A stretch of 63,120 bases of DNA, filler included, from Craspedostauros australis (GCA_030167865.1; 6 parts of 6 records of this genome joined end to end with filler, not necessarily neighbours in it), one strand, 5' to 3'. Shown: positions 11,033 through 22,649, numbered from the whole stretch's first letter. Notes: generated by a model from the letters alone, not told the origin. Numbers and translations are program-made.

Positions 11033-12439
11033 TCACTCTGATGTTGCAGCATCGACGACGATGTCCTGTACGCCATCCCGCAGTCGCTGCGCCGCCACGA
11101 GACAGATATCCGGCTCCAAATTGGCGTAACACACACGGATCCATCCAGGAAAGCCGCAGTAGGTGCCCGGAATGGTCGCGATACCATAGTCCTCCACGAG
11201 CCTGCGGCACACCTCGATATCATCGCGCACAGTCGGTGGCAGCTGCGCCATGACGTACATGGCCCCGGATCCTCCCATCGTGCGCAGCGGGTGCAAGGCA
11301 TCGAGGATGGCCTTGCGGCTTCCCTGCAGCGTGTCGTACTTCTCGTAGACCCATTCCTTGCCAACCTGCATCGCGCCCAACGCGACGATCTGCGATATGC
11401 GCGGTGGACCGATGGGGATCGTGTCCTGGATCTTCATGATGCTGGGCCACAGGTCCTCGCTGTCCTTGCTGAGGCAGATATACCCGCATCGGTAACCGGC
11501 GAGGGAGTACGACTTGGAAAAGCTGAAGATGTGCAGGACGTGCTTGTCGTCGGGGAACGTGGGGATCGGCTGGTGATGCTCGCGGTCCGTCGTGAAGTAC
11601 TCGTAGGTGCAATCGAGGACCAACCAGACACCGTGCTGACGGCACAGATCGACGGCGCGCTGCAGGGTGGCCTTGGGTATGGAGACGCCCGTGGGGTTGC
11701 CCGGATTGACGATGGTGACCATGGCGATTTCGTCGCCGTTGGATGCTGCGCGGGCCTGCTCGTTGTTGCGCAAGCTCGTTTCGAGCCAATCGAGATCCGG
11801 GATGCCATCATCGGTGCAAGGACCGACGAGGACGCTGTCGTCGCCGTTCGTCATCTGAATGGCCATGACGTGATTGAAGTAGTACGGTGCGAAGACGACC
11901 GACTTTGCGTTCTGGGGTAAGCAGGCGAGGACGACGTTGGTGTAGGCCTGGTTGGCGCCGACCGTGACCATGATGTGGTGGTTGTCCATGCCGTTCTCAT
12001 CGGAGATCTTGGTCTGCAGGGCATCCACGAGACCCGGAATGCCCTTCTCCGGGCCGTACATGTGCAGGGCGTTGGAGGGCTTGGCCAGCTCCGCCTGCAG
12101 CGTCTCTATGCAGGTGGACGGCGGCTCCCAGTACACTATGCCCTGCGCCAGACTGAAGATGCCGCCCTTGTCCTCCCACAAAGGCGCGTACTGGCTGACG
12201 AGCTGCTTCATGAGAACGACGCACGGATCCAGCGTTTCCAGCACGCGCGGTGACAGCCTCGTCCGCGCCATCGTTGGTGCTTTGTCGCCGCTGGCACCAG
12301 AACTGGCGCTGGTCGTCATGCGCAAGCGTGTCGCAGCGATCGCTGATCTTGGCGTCGAAGATCTGTGAACTCCGAAGCTGCTGATGCGTGAGAAAGCGCG
12401 GGCGGGCTTCAGCAAGGTCAGCAGGGATGCGATCAACAT
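11033..12439 (-). CDS. PLP-dependent class I/II aminotransferase, ISS1/VAS1-like, probably plastid-targeted
   Basis: SLAQGIVYWEPP, NPGNPTG, DCTY, SFSKSYSLAGYRCG (PLP Lys), WIRVCYANL. Start taken at MLIASLLTLLKPARA-F; upstream in-frame ATGs exist. Confidence 0.88.
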   Translation of the reverse strand: MLIASLLTLLKPARAFSRISSFGVHRSSTPRSAIAATRLRMTTSASSGASGDKAPTMARTRLSPRVLETLDPCVVLMKQLVSQYAPLWEDKGGIFSLAQGIVYWEPPSTCIETLQAELAKPSNALHMYGPEKGIPGLVDALQTKISDENGMDNHHIMVTVGANQAYTNVVLACLPQNAKSVVFAPYYFNHVMAIQMTNGDDSVLVGPCTDDGIPDLDWLETSLRNNEQARAASNGDEIAMVTIVNPGNPTGVSIPKATLQRAVDLCRQHGVWLVLDCTYEYFTTDREHHQPIPTFPDDKHVLHIFSFSKSYSLAGYRCGYICLSKDSEDLWPSIMKIQDTIPIGPPRISQIVALGAMQVGKEWVYEKYDTLQGSRKAILDALHPLRTMGGSGAMYVMAQLPPTVRDDIEVCRRLVEDYGIATIPGTYCGFPGWIRVCYANLEPDICLVAAQRLRDGVQDIVVDAATSE

Positions 12440-12601
12440 GAGACGTCTGCTCCTGATGCCGCCTTTCTCGCTGTTCTCTGTGGTAGTGTTGCTCTGTCTG
12501 GTGCTGCGCTTGTCGCAAGGCCAAGGCAGCAGATTCATGCTTTGACTCCTTGCTGCAATTGCGACACTGTGGTACGATCTATGCAACACAGTCTATCAGT
12601 G

Positions 12602-12640
12602 CCACAGATGCTGTCACAGATGCTGTCACAGATGCTGTCA
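12602..12640. repeat. Tandem 12-bp repeat (CACAGATGCTGT) x3
   Basis: Directly visible. Confidence 0.8.
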
Positions 12641-13019
12641 CGGATACTGACTGATGCTGTGCTTCTCTGTGTGGTGTCTGCGAACAACTCTCTCCTTGTC
12701 CTTGTGACCTTGTTCGCCGATCTGACGAGCGAAAGATACGGAAAAGGGGAGCTGGCGCATCCTCACCAACAATCGTAAAAGATCGTGCCATCGCGCAGGC
12801 AGACCCAAAACACGGAAACGGAAGCTGTCGTTATTTCACACCACACCACGTCACACCACATCACATCGCACGACACCGATGGGAGACGGATTGCAGAGCT
12901 CGACACAAGACTGCTACTACTAGCAGTAGAGTAGGTGACCATGGAGTGCTGAACTCATAACTCTTCTCACCACAGTATTCCTTTTTCTCTTTAAAATGTC
13001 ACCAATACAGAGACCGACT

Positions 13020-13967
13020 CTACTTCTGGCGGCTCCGCGCGTGCTCTCGTTCGTACAAGGCCTGCGCATTCTTGTTGACACAAGATCCAAGCGCACGCTG
13101 CAATTCGGCACATGGGATGCGGTCGCTCAATGCCCTTCCTTCATCCTTTGCTTCGCCAGATCTGGCCTTCTTCTGTTCGTAATTGTTGATGGGACACGCC
13201 AGCATCTTCTCTGCACCGGTCTCATCAAAGCAATTCTTCAACTGGGACAATTCGTTACCGCATGCCATGGCCACGGCCCGGCATCCCCACATCGCGTGCT
13301 GCTCACGCGCGCACGTGGAGTTCAGCGATCTCAGCTTCTCGCGACGCTCCATCATTATCTCCTCCGGTGACCTTCGTTTTGGCTGCGTTTCTTCGGAATC
13401 CTCGGTTGACGCCGTTGGTTTGGGCTTGCCGTAAGGAATGGGGTTGATGGCACCTCGCCATCCGAAGTACTTCATCATGCGCAGACCAGGCACGGTGGAT
13501 TCGATCTCGTCATGGATGCGATCCGTTCCGTCCAGATTTCTTTCTCTTGTCGGATCGGAATCTCCTTGTTCTTGTTGTTGCTGCTGGGACCGACTCTGTG
13601 CTGTCTTTGCTTCGCCAGACCTCACGTTGAACAACGACCATCGCGAGGCAGATGGGGTTGCTGGCTTCGCGTCATCTTTCGACTTCGACAGGAATTCCAA
13701 GTACAGCTTCTCCTGCTTCTGGCGACATGACGACAGCGCCTCTTCCAGCTGCCTGCATTGCTCCAATCGCTCCAGACGTTGGGCGTCATTGAACTTATCC
13801 AGCTGCTCAGTCCAAGATGCGGGCAGCCATGACAAGAATGCCGGCGTCGACGAAGGCGGCGGAGATGTGCACAGCACAGGTGGGCTGGTGGGTGCTTGTG
13901 CCGATCCGTCTCTCGCGGTAACGGCGCTGCTTGCGCTGTCACTTCTCTTGCCACTCATCTCCGCCAT
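13020..13967 (-). CDS. Hypothetical protein with four CX9C motifs (CHCH-like, possible mitochondrial intermembrane-space protein)
   Basis: CRQLEEALSSC, CAREQHAMWGC, CGNELSQLKNC, CAELQRALGSC. First ATG at 13967. Confidence 0.75.
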   Translation of the reverse strand: MAEMSGKRSDSASSAVTARDGSAQAPTSPPVLCTSPPPSSTPAFLSWLPASWTEQLDKFNDAQRLERLEQCRQLEEALSSCRQKQEKLYLEFLSKSKDDAKPATPSASRWSLFNVRSGEAKTAQSRSQQQQQEQGDSDPTRERNLDGTDRIHDEIESTVPGLRMMKYFGWRGAINPIPYGKPKPTASTEDSEETQPKRRSPEEIMMERREKLRSLNSTCAREQHAMWGCRAVAMACGNELSQLKNCFDETGAEKMLACPINNYEQKKARSGEAKDEGRALSDRIPCAELQRALGSCVNKNAQALYEREHARSRQK

Positions 13968-14276
13968 CTTCCTCTCTCTTCGTGTCAACCGAGCGTGGAT
14001 GTATCGCTTTTCGACGTGGACGTTGAACGTGGACAGAAGTGGTCTTGCAAGTATTCTATGATGGTTGTCGTATGATATGGTATGGTATGGTATCGTCGAG
14101 GGCTTCTGTGTTCATTTGCCGCCTTGGTCTTCAGGATGTGCGCCATCATGCTCTGGAAGATCTTTCGATGTCTGTTGCGTTTGTTGGCTGTTGTGTGTGC
14201 TCGCTGAATAAAATCCAGGCTCATGGACTGGCCGTCGACCGAAAACGAAGAAGTACGACTACAACACAGACATTCA

Positions 14277-14350
14277 CACGATTGTTTCTTGGAGACAGAC
14301 AGGCACAGTCCAACGCACGATTGTTTCTTGGAGACAGACAGACAGACAGG
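14277..14350. repeat. Direct duplication of ~39 bp (CACGATTGTTTCTTGGAGACAGACAG) in a divergent intergenic region
   Basis: Two copies visible. Confidence 0.75.
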
Positions 14351-14731
14351 CAAATCCAATGCTGATTGTTGACGAGCATGAACAGTCAAAGACAAGACTG
14401 TCTGTTGTGATGACAGACACCTTCGATGGATGTCTGTTCACTAATTTTAACAATAAACATATATTATACCGCTTATCCCGCAATATTCGCTTGTTCTCAA
14501 ACATTGCTCTCTTCAGTTTGATCCAACGAGTCCAGTCGTGGAGGCGTCAACGCACATCAAAGTTGCCACCAACAATCACGCGATGAGCAACGAGCAAGAG
14601 GACACAACATCACACCGAAAGACATCGTGGGTTGGAGGTGGCCACCTGCACACAATCACCATGTCATCACAGAGAGTTGGATCAACCACAACGAAGAAGC
14701 GAGACAAAGAGGCAATTTGGATCTTGCCACG

Positions 14732-16384
14732 ATGTCTTGCGTGAAAGGCGTGCTCAAGTTCATCTTCTGGACGATTCCGTGTCTGCTGTTGGACGGATTG
14801 CTGTTGATTGCGTTCGTGATCTGCCTCATCCCCGCATGGATACGCTTTCTTTGGTTCTACGCCGTCACTTCTCACCGCCGATCTGTCAGATACGCCAAGG
14901 TGTCATGTCGTCAAACTCTCGATGTGTACTGTCTGGATCGTCCAGCGTTGGTTTTGGGCCACCGACGTTACTGCGCCAACGCCGAGGGTGGCGGAAGGTC
15001 GTGGTTTGGTGCAGGCGGCCAAACAAGGGCGCCAAACACCGATTCAAGCGCAACCACGGATGCAAATGCGGCGGGCGACTTGGAGGATGGTGCCGGCCGT
15101 CAGAGGCCACCGAGGGCAGATGAACAGGCGGGGCGATTGGATGCATCATCTGCATCACCAATATCGCCTGCAACAGCAACAGCAGCAGGCACGAAAGCAA
15201 GCACGGAAGCACCAACAGGATCAGGAGCATCAGCGCCATCGCTGTTGCCCTCTGCTACGTGCTCGGAACAAGATCATGTCGACGAATCGTTCGAGGGGGA
15301 GTGCGACGATGAAAGAAGGAATTCGCTCGAGCCTGATCAGCATTCTGCACTGATGCTGGCGCCAGTCGTGGTCTTCTGTCCTGGCGGCGCGTGGCTCATC
15401 GGGTACAAGATGTGGGGGGCGTTGCTCGCTAGAGTCCTCACAGCCGCGGGCATCGTCGTCGTGATTCCCGATTACAGGAACTACCCCTGGGCGACAGTAC
15501 CGGATATGGTGACCGATGTGGAGCATGCCGTCAACTGGACGCACGACAACATCGCCATGTTTGGTGGCGAAAAGGAGAAGATAGTGCTGGTTGGACAATC
15601 CGCGGGCGGACATCTGGCCACCACCATGGTCTTGAGGCGCGCTATCGATCTCTTGGGTAGACGCAACCATGTTGCCACGTCGTGCGCTCTACCTTCTTCA
15701 TCGACAAATGGCGCACGAGTAGGCAGAAATTCCAAACCTCAGAATGTCGCCACTCCAAGTAGTGCATCGTCAGAGGAGCACGAAGCGAATTCCGTGGAAG
15801 ATATCGACCATGTCTCCCAATCCAACGAAATGTTGCCCAGTGTCGACGACGAAGAAGCGTGGAGTCCCAAGCACAGGATCCGGGGTTTGATTTCGTTGTC
15901 GGCGCCGCACGATTTGGAAATCATGGGGAAGACATTCATGAGGCACGGGCTGGACAGCACCTTGACGGACCGAATCTTCGGCAACAGACGGCAGGAGTAC
16001 GACCCGTTCGCTCTCATCCAATCCATCCCACCCGAGCAGCACGCTGCTCTTGCTGACATGCTGCCACCTGTGCAAATCCGACATGGCACTGCCGACAAGA
16101 CTGTCCCGCACGAAGGATCGCGACGCTTCGCCGAAGTGCTCGGGAGCATGCTTGGGCCAGACAGGGTCACATTCGCATCGTACGAGGGATGGTCCCACAC
16201 AGACCCCATCCTCGAGGCTCCCATGGCTGCAGATCACAGATTCCATTTGGACCTGTTCACCGCCGTGCGTCGGTGGACCGATTCATCTAACATCGAGTGG
16301 CCATCGGAGGATGATCCCCTCATCAGCGGCATCCTATGCCCACGCATGCTCATCAAGATGGCCCGGTGCTGCAATCCATTCTGA
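14732..16384 (+). CDS. Isoprenylcysteine alpha-carbonyl methylesterase (ICME)-like alpha/beta hydrolase
   Basis: GGAWLIGYKMWG, PDYRNYP, GQSAGG, HGTADKTVP, SHTD. N-terminal TM segment; ends ...CCNPF like plant ICMEs. Confidence 0.85.
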   Translation: MSCVKGVLKFIFWTIPCLLLDGLLLIAFVICLIPAWIRFLWFYAVTSHRRSVRYAKVSCRQTLDVYCLDRPALVLGHRRYCANAEGGGRSWFGAGGQTRAPNTDSSATTDANAAGDLEDGAGRQRPPRADEQAGRLDASSASPISPATATAAGTKASTEAPTGSGASAPSLLPSATCSEQDHVDESFEGECDDERRNSLEPDQHSALMLAPVVVFCPGGAWLIGYKMWGALLARVLTAAGIVVVIPDYRNYPWATVPDMVTDVEHAVNWTHDNIAMFGGEKEKIVLVGQSAGGHLATTMVLRRAIDLLGRRNHVATSCALPSSSTNGARVGRNSKPQNVATPSSASSEEHEANSVEDIDHVSQSNEMLPSVDDEEAWSPKHRIRGLISLSAPHDLEIMGKTFMRHGLDSTLTDRIFGNRRQEYDPFALIQSIPPEQHAALADMLPPVQIRHGTADKTVPHEGSRRFAEVLGSMLGPDRVTFASYEGWSHTDPILEAPMAADHRFHLDLFTAVRRWTDSSNIEWPSEDDPLISGILCPRMLIKMARCCNPF

Positions 16385-19300
16385 TCCGAGATGACCGAGC
16401 ATGGACACGAAAAGGAGAGACGGAATGGCCTACGATCGTCGTGCTGGCGTGCTGTCTGGTTCGGTCATAGTGCCGATCACAACATGCGACGCGTCCACAG
16501 ACAATGGTTGGAACATAACACAATATAGTAGAATGAAACAACACTCGTTCTCAAACACGTAATCGTACATGAGCACAATCTCTCTCCACCCAAACATTGG
16601 CGAATCAATGCGGTGACTACTCGCGCGAGTACGAGTGGGCCGAAGGGCATGGGATAATACTGGCGTCCCACTCCCATGAAAGTGTTGCAACTGCACAAGG
16701 TGGTCACATCGTACCTTGATATGTCCCGCACAAGAGCAGGAGATGGCGGGAGACGTAATCGTGAACGGACATGAAGAGGCATGGACTGTCGAGACTGGAG
16801 CGCACAGATGAACTTCTTGATTCCAAGGGCTGCTGGATGTTTGCGACGTCGAAGAGGCTTCGCAGAGTGTAGGTCTATGACTCACGTGCTGGTGGTGTGA
16901 CCTTCACAGTCTCAACGTCAGCCAGGCAACCATGACCAAGATGGATGAAGGGTGCGGCAGTTTACAGGAGCATAGGTCGTACTGGTGTAACAGCAAGCGC
17001 ATTCGACTCTTGGTTGTACTATTCTTCACTCGTAACTGAAACATGACCGCATCTTGGATCCATCCTTGCGCAAGATATCACTCTATTGTTCGATAGTTGG
17101 CGCCTCTCGCGGACCTTCCAAGGCTCCACGACTATCGTCCCAGCGGGCATTTGCGGAGTTTCTGGCTGGGATACAGACTCGTACGTATTGGTACTTGCGA
17201 CACCGACAGTCCAAAATAGGGGCGTGAGCGGCACACGGGTACCACGCGGCAACGCATTAATATCTCCTGTGAGACCCATCATTTCTATGTCGGAAGCTCA
17301 GCCCGCATCTGTGGCGAAGAGGCTATTGTCGAGGTTCCGGAATGTGGCTGCTCGTGCGGATGTAGGTTGTTTCTTCCCAAACTTCGCAAATGGGAGTATC
17401 CCGAGCATCGCTTGCTCTCTCGCTCTGTGCCACTCGAGAATCGATGATACTCGTGCTCGCGAAACTGCTACTCTGCCATACATCTACGCATGCATCTGCT
17501 CTTTGACTTTCTGCTGCTGCTGTTGCTGTTGCTGCTGCGAATACAGGTACGAGTGTTTCTGCCCCGATCGCTTGTAGGTTGCGTACCATCTATGGAAACC
17601 GCCGTGAGTGCTACCCCAAGGGTGCAATACCTGTGCAATAGTACTCGTGTGAACTCTGCCAGTTAGGGAGGAGTTCCCACATCACGCAGTACTTGAGGAC
17701 TCTCGTGCTTTTGCTAGTACGGTACGAGTGAATCGCAGGTTTGGAGGATACTGCTGCTTTATCAGACCTACCAATACACTGACATGTCAATACTTCACAG
17801 GGATCCCACCTCACACTTGTTCTACCCCCATAGGTAGAGGAGTCCATGGTCCTCTGCTGACCAAATGGTGAACACGCCAGCCTTTCGATCCAACTCTATC
17901 GCGGGCTCGACCATCCAAGACCACCATCTCATCTCTGCTGGCGCACGCGAGGATGGAGTTTCTCACCCATGGGGCCTTGTCTTCTCGTACTCTCCCTCTC
18001 TCTGGAGAGGGCCTGGCCACGAGGAGGTAGGATACTCGTGCAGCGGAATACTCGTGACATGCCTTGGCACTTCGCGACCGCGACAACAACCGAACGGAAC
18101 CAACTTTCTTTGGCTCGTCTCATGAGAGACGATTGTGCCTGACACATGCGTGGCGCGAGTACTCTTTTCCACTCGAGTACTATTGTGCATAGCTTGTAGA
18201 GTCGACGCAGACTACCCGCACGGATACGAGCACGCTCGTCACATTCCGACCAAACGACCAAATTGATGGCATCTCGTTCCGGAGGTTTCGGAGTCACACA
18301 TGCACACGCACGCACGCTCGCAGAGGAAGGCGTCAACGAGGAAGAGCATAGAGTATCATTGAGCAGGACGATGGGACAGACGGCCGATGCGTGATAGGCG
18401 TACAGATTGGTTGGCTGTGGGGACCCTTGCGATGGGAAGGCGTTCTACCGTGGTGGGATGCCGTGGAACGATCGTCACATGTTTTGTGTCGTTACTGACA
18501 CGGCTGACTTTTCCTGACGGCAGTCGCGGGAAGCGTTCAGCGAATTTGCATGCGTGACACAGCGAAAACCACTTCAGCTCAATTCGACATGCCCCATCGT
18601 GGTTTCATACAGATGCGGGAACTTCTGATAGTTGAATGAGAGCAGCGGCGGTTGTGGCCCGGACAGTCCCTTGTTGAAGGCAGCAAAATACTGTGGTAAA
18701 TGTTGCTTTGTCATTTTCGTCTTGGTGTTCTGGTTTTGGCACAAAGCGGAACAGACCACAAAGAAGAGCCTCATGGCAGGTATCTCGTACGACTACGGGC
18801 GCGAGCAGTGTCTGGTGTGGCGCGAGCGTTATGAATGCCAAACAGATTGCATCGCATTGCATGACATTGCATTGCAATACATCGCGTTGCATGCAATGAT
18901 GGCATTGTCCGAGGCGTGATGGTCCAACATGTTGGACGTGTAACGCATGTGTGTTCCGGCGTGATCATGGGTGTGACTGTGATGACCAATGTGGAACATG
19001 TTTGAACTTTGGGTCCGTGCTCAAGATCTAAACATGAACGCCCCAAAGAGCGAGCGCGTCACTTGGAGCCTAGTTGGTCCAATGTACTGTACTCTGCAGG
19101 GTGCCTTTGTCGATAGTTTAGTCCTAACGAAATGAATAGAGGCCTATCGCATTTCACATTGGGAGTCCCACGGTACAAAATAACCTGATAATGACATTTT
19201 TAGAGGGGCAACATGCGAACTTCCCCCTCGGAAAGTGAAACTCGATTGCGTTTTAGGAGCCAAAAACACAATTGAGTTTCACATTGCAGTCCCGGCANNN

Positions 19301-19472
19301 NNNCCTTCCACGTGTTGGAACGAAACGAATGGCCAATCATTTCTCTTCATTTGCAGAAATGTTGAGTCGTCCTTGTCGTGACAATGACATTTTGTTGAGA
19401 TGCTAGTGATGATGAAACTAGCATTCCGAATGAGGGGTGCATGGAGCGATAGAGAGCGATTACGATGTCGAA

Positions 19473-19572
19473 NNNNNNNNNNNNNNNNNNNNNNNNNNNN
19501 NNNNNNNNNNNNNNNNTTAATTAATTAANNNNNNNNNNNNNNNNNNNNNNNNNNNNNNNNNNNNNNNNNNNN
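19473..19572. other. Assembly gap spacer 44N-TTAATTAATTAA-44N
   Basis: The same 100-nt construct occurs five times; the linker has stops in all six frames. Confidence 0.95.
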
Positions 19573-19729
19573 TAAAATTAAAATAACTTCTGAACTAAAG
19601 GAGATAGGGGGGGTCTTGAGGGTTGTGTAGGGTCCTCACATATAGGGCTATCGATGAGTGAAGTTTAAGAGGCAGCAATTTGGAATCATCGGGGAATATC
19701 CATCGATCCTGTTGAACCCGGGTCGTATG
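19573..19729. mobile_element. Possible transposon end adjoining the gap, terminating in CCGGGTCGTATG
   Basis: 12-nt identity with 189-200; AT-rich start; contig edge. Confidence 0.35.
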
Positions 19730-20420
19730 TTGTGATGGGTTCATCTCTCTCTCCACCCATCTCTCCACAGAGAAGAAGAAATTGCAGATGCTGTTGATGC
19801 GATCACACCCATCCATCATGCAAATATGCATATGTTACCGACGCACGGTCACTCAAACCTATTATCTCTTCGTCCGCCAAGAGTATGTGTCAGAGCTCAT
19901 ACACGTACGTGCTCTGGTTTGCTTTTGTCTTTGCCTTCAAGTTGTGAGGGACTTTTTCTGCCCAAAGTTGGCGCGTTTTGCCCTGAAGTGTCGAACTCCA
20001 GATACGAGGTTCTGCGCGCGAAAAGACCCAGGTTGTTCCGCATTGTCATGTTCTCCATTCCCGCACTGAGCATCGAGCCTATCTGTGCTGCTGGCGCTTC
20101 TTAGATTATATCAACTACACCGTTGTTGTAGGCAGAGAACCGGCGGGAATGACACCAACATCACCAAGAGCGGCGTGACAGCGACAGTGAAATGACAGTG
20201 GAGCAACGAATCCATGCCGTTCAAGAGTGTCGACCTGTGGTTACAGCGGAGGCAACCACAATTTTCGAATGCGGCGGTGAAGGAGTCATCAACGTGCTGC
20301 AGCTCTCTACTCCATGCGAATGTGATCATCACCGGTGCAAACGAGTATTCACACTGACAACCTTCTTCTTTGCTCGTACTTGTACTCGTACTCGTACTTT
20401 GTCCTCGTCTTGCATACATC

Positions 20421-21875
20421 ATGTTGAACACTGATGCAGTAACAGCGATTACCGGCGATAACGCCATCTGGATTCTTCTCCCACTGACGATCTACTTGGT
20501 GTGGGCTGTGTTCGTTCGCGACAGACCACCTGCCAAGGATGCTCCTGTAAGATGCTCCGACGGAATCCGGCAGACCGTCAAGATGATGGCATCGCCTTCG
20601 TCGCCGCAATGGCACCTCGACCTTCGAGAGTCGTTGGGATCGTCCGTCTTCCAACACGACATCCCGGTCCCAGGCGGCATCTACGTCGTCGGCGCGGCGA
20701 AGGATCAGCGCGAGATCCTTCTCGATAAGAATTCAGACAAGCCGATGAGCATGTACTCGGTCTTTGATAACATCACAGGCCACGCATCCGCTTTCAGTCG
20801 AACGACCAAGGACCCCCATTGGAAGCAATTGAGGAAGGCTGCCTCGTACTCCTTTTCTTCTTCAGAGATCAATCGGATGAATGACATCTGCACCAAGTAC
20901 GCCAAGGAATGGGAATCGAACTTCCTCGAAAAACTGGCGGGCACCAACGCGACCTTCGATCCATCGATTGAGTTGCCGAAGGTCGTGTTCAGATCCATCA
21001 TGGAAGCTGCCTTCGAGTACGAATCAACGGACGAGGAATTCTTCATGTTCACCTCGAACCTCAAGGTGTCTGCGCACGAATTCACCTTCTGCCAGGCCCT
21101 CAACCCGTTCCGTAGGGCGTTCAGCTGGATGATCCCGGAAGTCTGGGCAGCGCACCGGTGCAGTGCCGTCCTGCATAAGATGGCGAAGAAGATCCTGAAA
21201 TCCTATCGCGCCAACCCCAGCAAGTCGGAGCGCAACACGGTGATCAAGGCGATCGAGAGCGGGGCGCATGATCTGTCCGAGAAGGCGAAGATCTCAGAAA
21301 TTATCTTGTTCCTGGTCGCCGGCTTTGACACGACCGGGTACACGCTTTCCAACACCTTGGTCTTGCTGGCCCAACATCCGAAAGAGATGGACGAACTGCA
21401 ACAATCGCTGTTGCACGGCGATGCGGTGCAATCCGCTGATCACATGAAACGCGTGATAGCTGAATCCAAGCGATTGGTCCCGGTCGCTGCGATGGGCCCT
21501 GTCCGTATGCTGGATCGTGATTTCATCTTCATGGATGAAGACTCTCACCGTAACGTGAAGGTACCGAAGGGCGCCACCGTGTTCCTCCCTCACATCATGA
21601 GCCACAGAGACGAAAAGGTGTTCCACGATGCTCAGCAGTTCAAGCCAAGTCGGTGGGAAAATCCAACCGACGAGATGCTGAAGAGCATCCTGACATTCTC
21701 TTTGGGGATACGCAAATGCCCTGGCCAGTCCTTGGCAAGTGCCGAGATGTACTCCGTGCTGCCCAGCATCCTATCCAAGTACGAATTCGAAGTCGCGGAA
21801 GAAGGCAAGTTGGAGTTCTTCTTGACTTTTAAGTACAGCGGTGCGAAGCTCCTTGTCAAGAGAGCCAAGGCTTGA
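20421..21875 (+). CDS. Cytochrome P450 (single exon)
   Basis: N-terminal TM anchor, I-helix AGFDTT, ExxR (ESKR), FKPSRW, heme motif FSLGIRKCPG. Confidence 0.95.
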   Translation: MLNTDAVTAITGDNAIWILLPLTIYLVWAVFVRDRPPAKDAPVRCSDGIRQTVKMMASPSSPQWHLDLRESLGSSVFQHDIPVPGGIYVVGAAKDQREILLDKNSDKPMSMYSVFDNITGHASAFSRTTKDPHWKQLRKAASYSFSSSEINRMNDICTKYAKEWESNFLEKLAGTNATFDPSIELPKVVFRSIMEAAFEYESTDEEFFMFTSNLKVSAHEFTFCQALNPFRRAFSWMIPEVWAAHRCSAVLHKMAKKILKSYRANPSKSERNTVIKAIESGAHDLSEKAKISEIILFLVAGFDTTGYTLSNTLVLLAQHPKEMDELQQSLLHGDAVQSADHMKRVIAESKRLVPVAAMGPVRMLDRDFIFMDEDSHRNVKVPKGATVFLPHIMSHRDEKVFHDAQQFKPSRWENPTDEMLKSILTFSLGIRKCPGQSLASAEMYSVLPSILSKYEFEVAEEGKLEFFLTFKYSGAKLLVKRAKA

Positions 21876-22649
21876 AACACTGAAGAATGGATGCGCATGT
21901 GCGGAATGTCGACTTTATTTGTGACCGCGTTGAGATCAATGCGGGCACTGTATCGATGATGCCGTGCTGTGGAATAGCAGGCCATGGTAGAGTGCATCCA
22001 TATTCCGGGACGTCTTGCTGTACGCATTTAATGATGATACACGTACATATATTATAGTACTCTATTCAAATTTGAATGCACAATGCTACTCAGCAGAGTA
22101 TGATGCGCACGCCAGCCTTCGGGGGGCATCCTGTACGATCCATGCCCTGATTTGGCGTGGTCTACTCGCACTCTGTCCTCGTATGGTACGAATCGAGACC
22201 AAGTCAAAGCATCGAGCAACAGGCAAGACGTGTCCATTCAAATGCTACGTTGGTGCAGCCACTGATTGATCGCGAGAAACATGGAAATGGTTAAGATGAC
22301 TGCTCTATTATCTGTCGTTCTGAGAGCAATTGCTGTTCAAGTATGCTCTGCCGTCGCTCTGCCTTGTTGCAGCAGGTCTGTGTTGGATAATCTGGCGTAC
22401 TCTAGTATGCATGGTGCGCTTGGATGCCGCAAGCGTCAAGGAAGCCGCATCGATGCAGATCGAGATGCACATCATCCACAATCGCGTCGAGCAGAGCAGC
22501 AATTGACCACTAAATGGAGAGAAAGCATCGACTGTGGGCTTGGATGCAGCCTCCGGATTACAAGATCTGCGCACGCAGCACACACATGTAGCGCGCCCAC
22601 TAAGTGTACATACTCCTACCCAGAAAGGACCAATACGCCGAGCAGCCGT

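Noticed and set aside
19400..19430. Hairpin ATGCTAGT-GATGATGAA-ACTAGCAT as a hammerhead ribozyme or C/D snoRNA
   Set aside because: No CTGANGA core with stem II and no paired D box; single copy next to a gap.
19517..19528. TTAATTAATTAA repeated five times as a biological motif
   Set aside because: Always centred in 88 Ns; it is an assembly linker.
14732..21875. Esterase plus P450 (plus aminotransferase) as a biosynthetic gene cluster
   Set aside because: No scaffold-forming synthase, and the genes are separated by 4 kb and an assembly gap.
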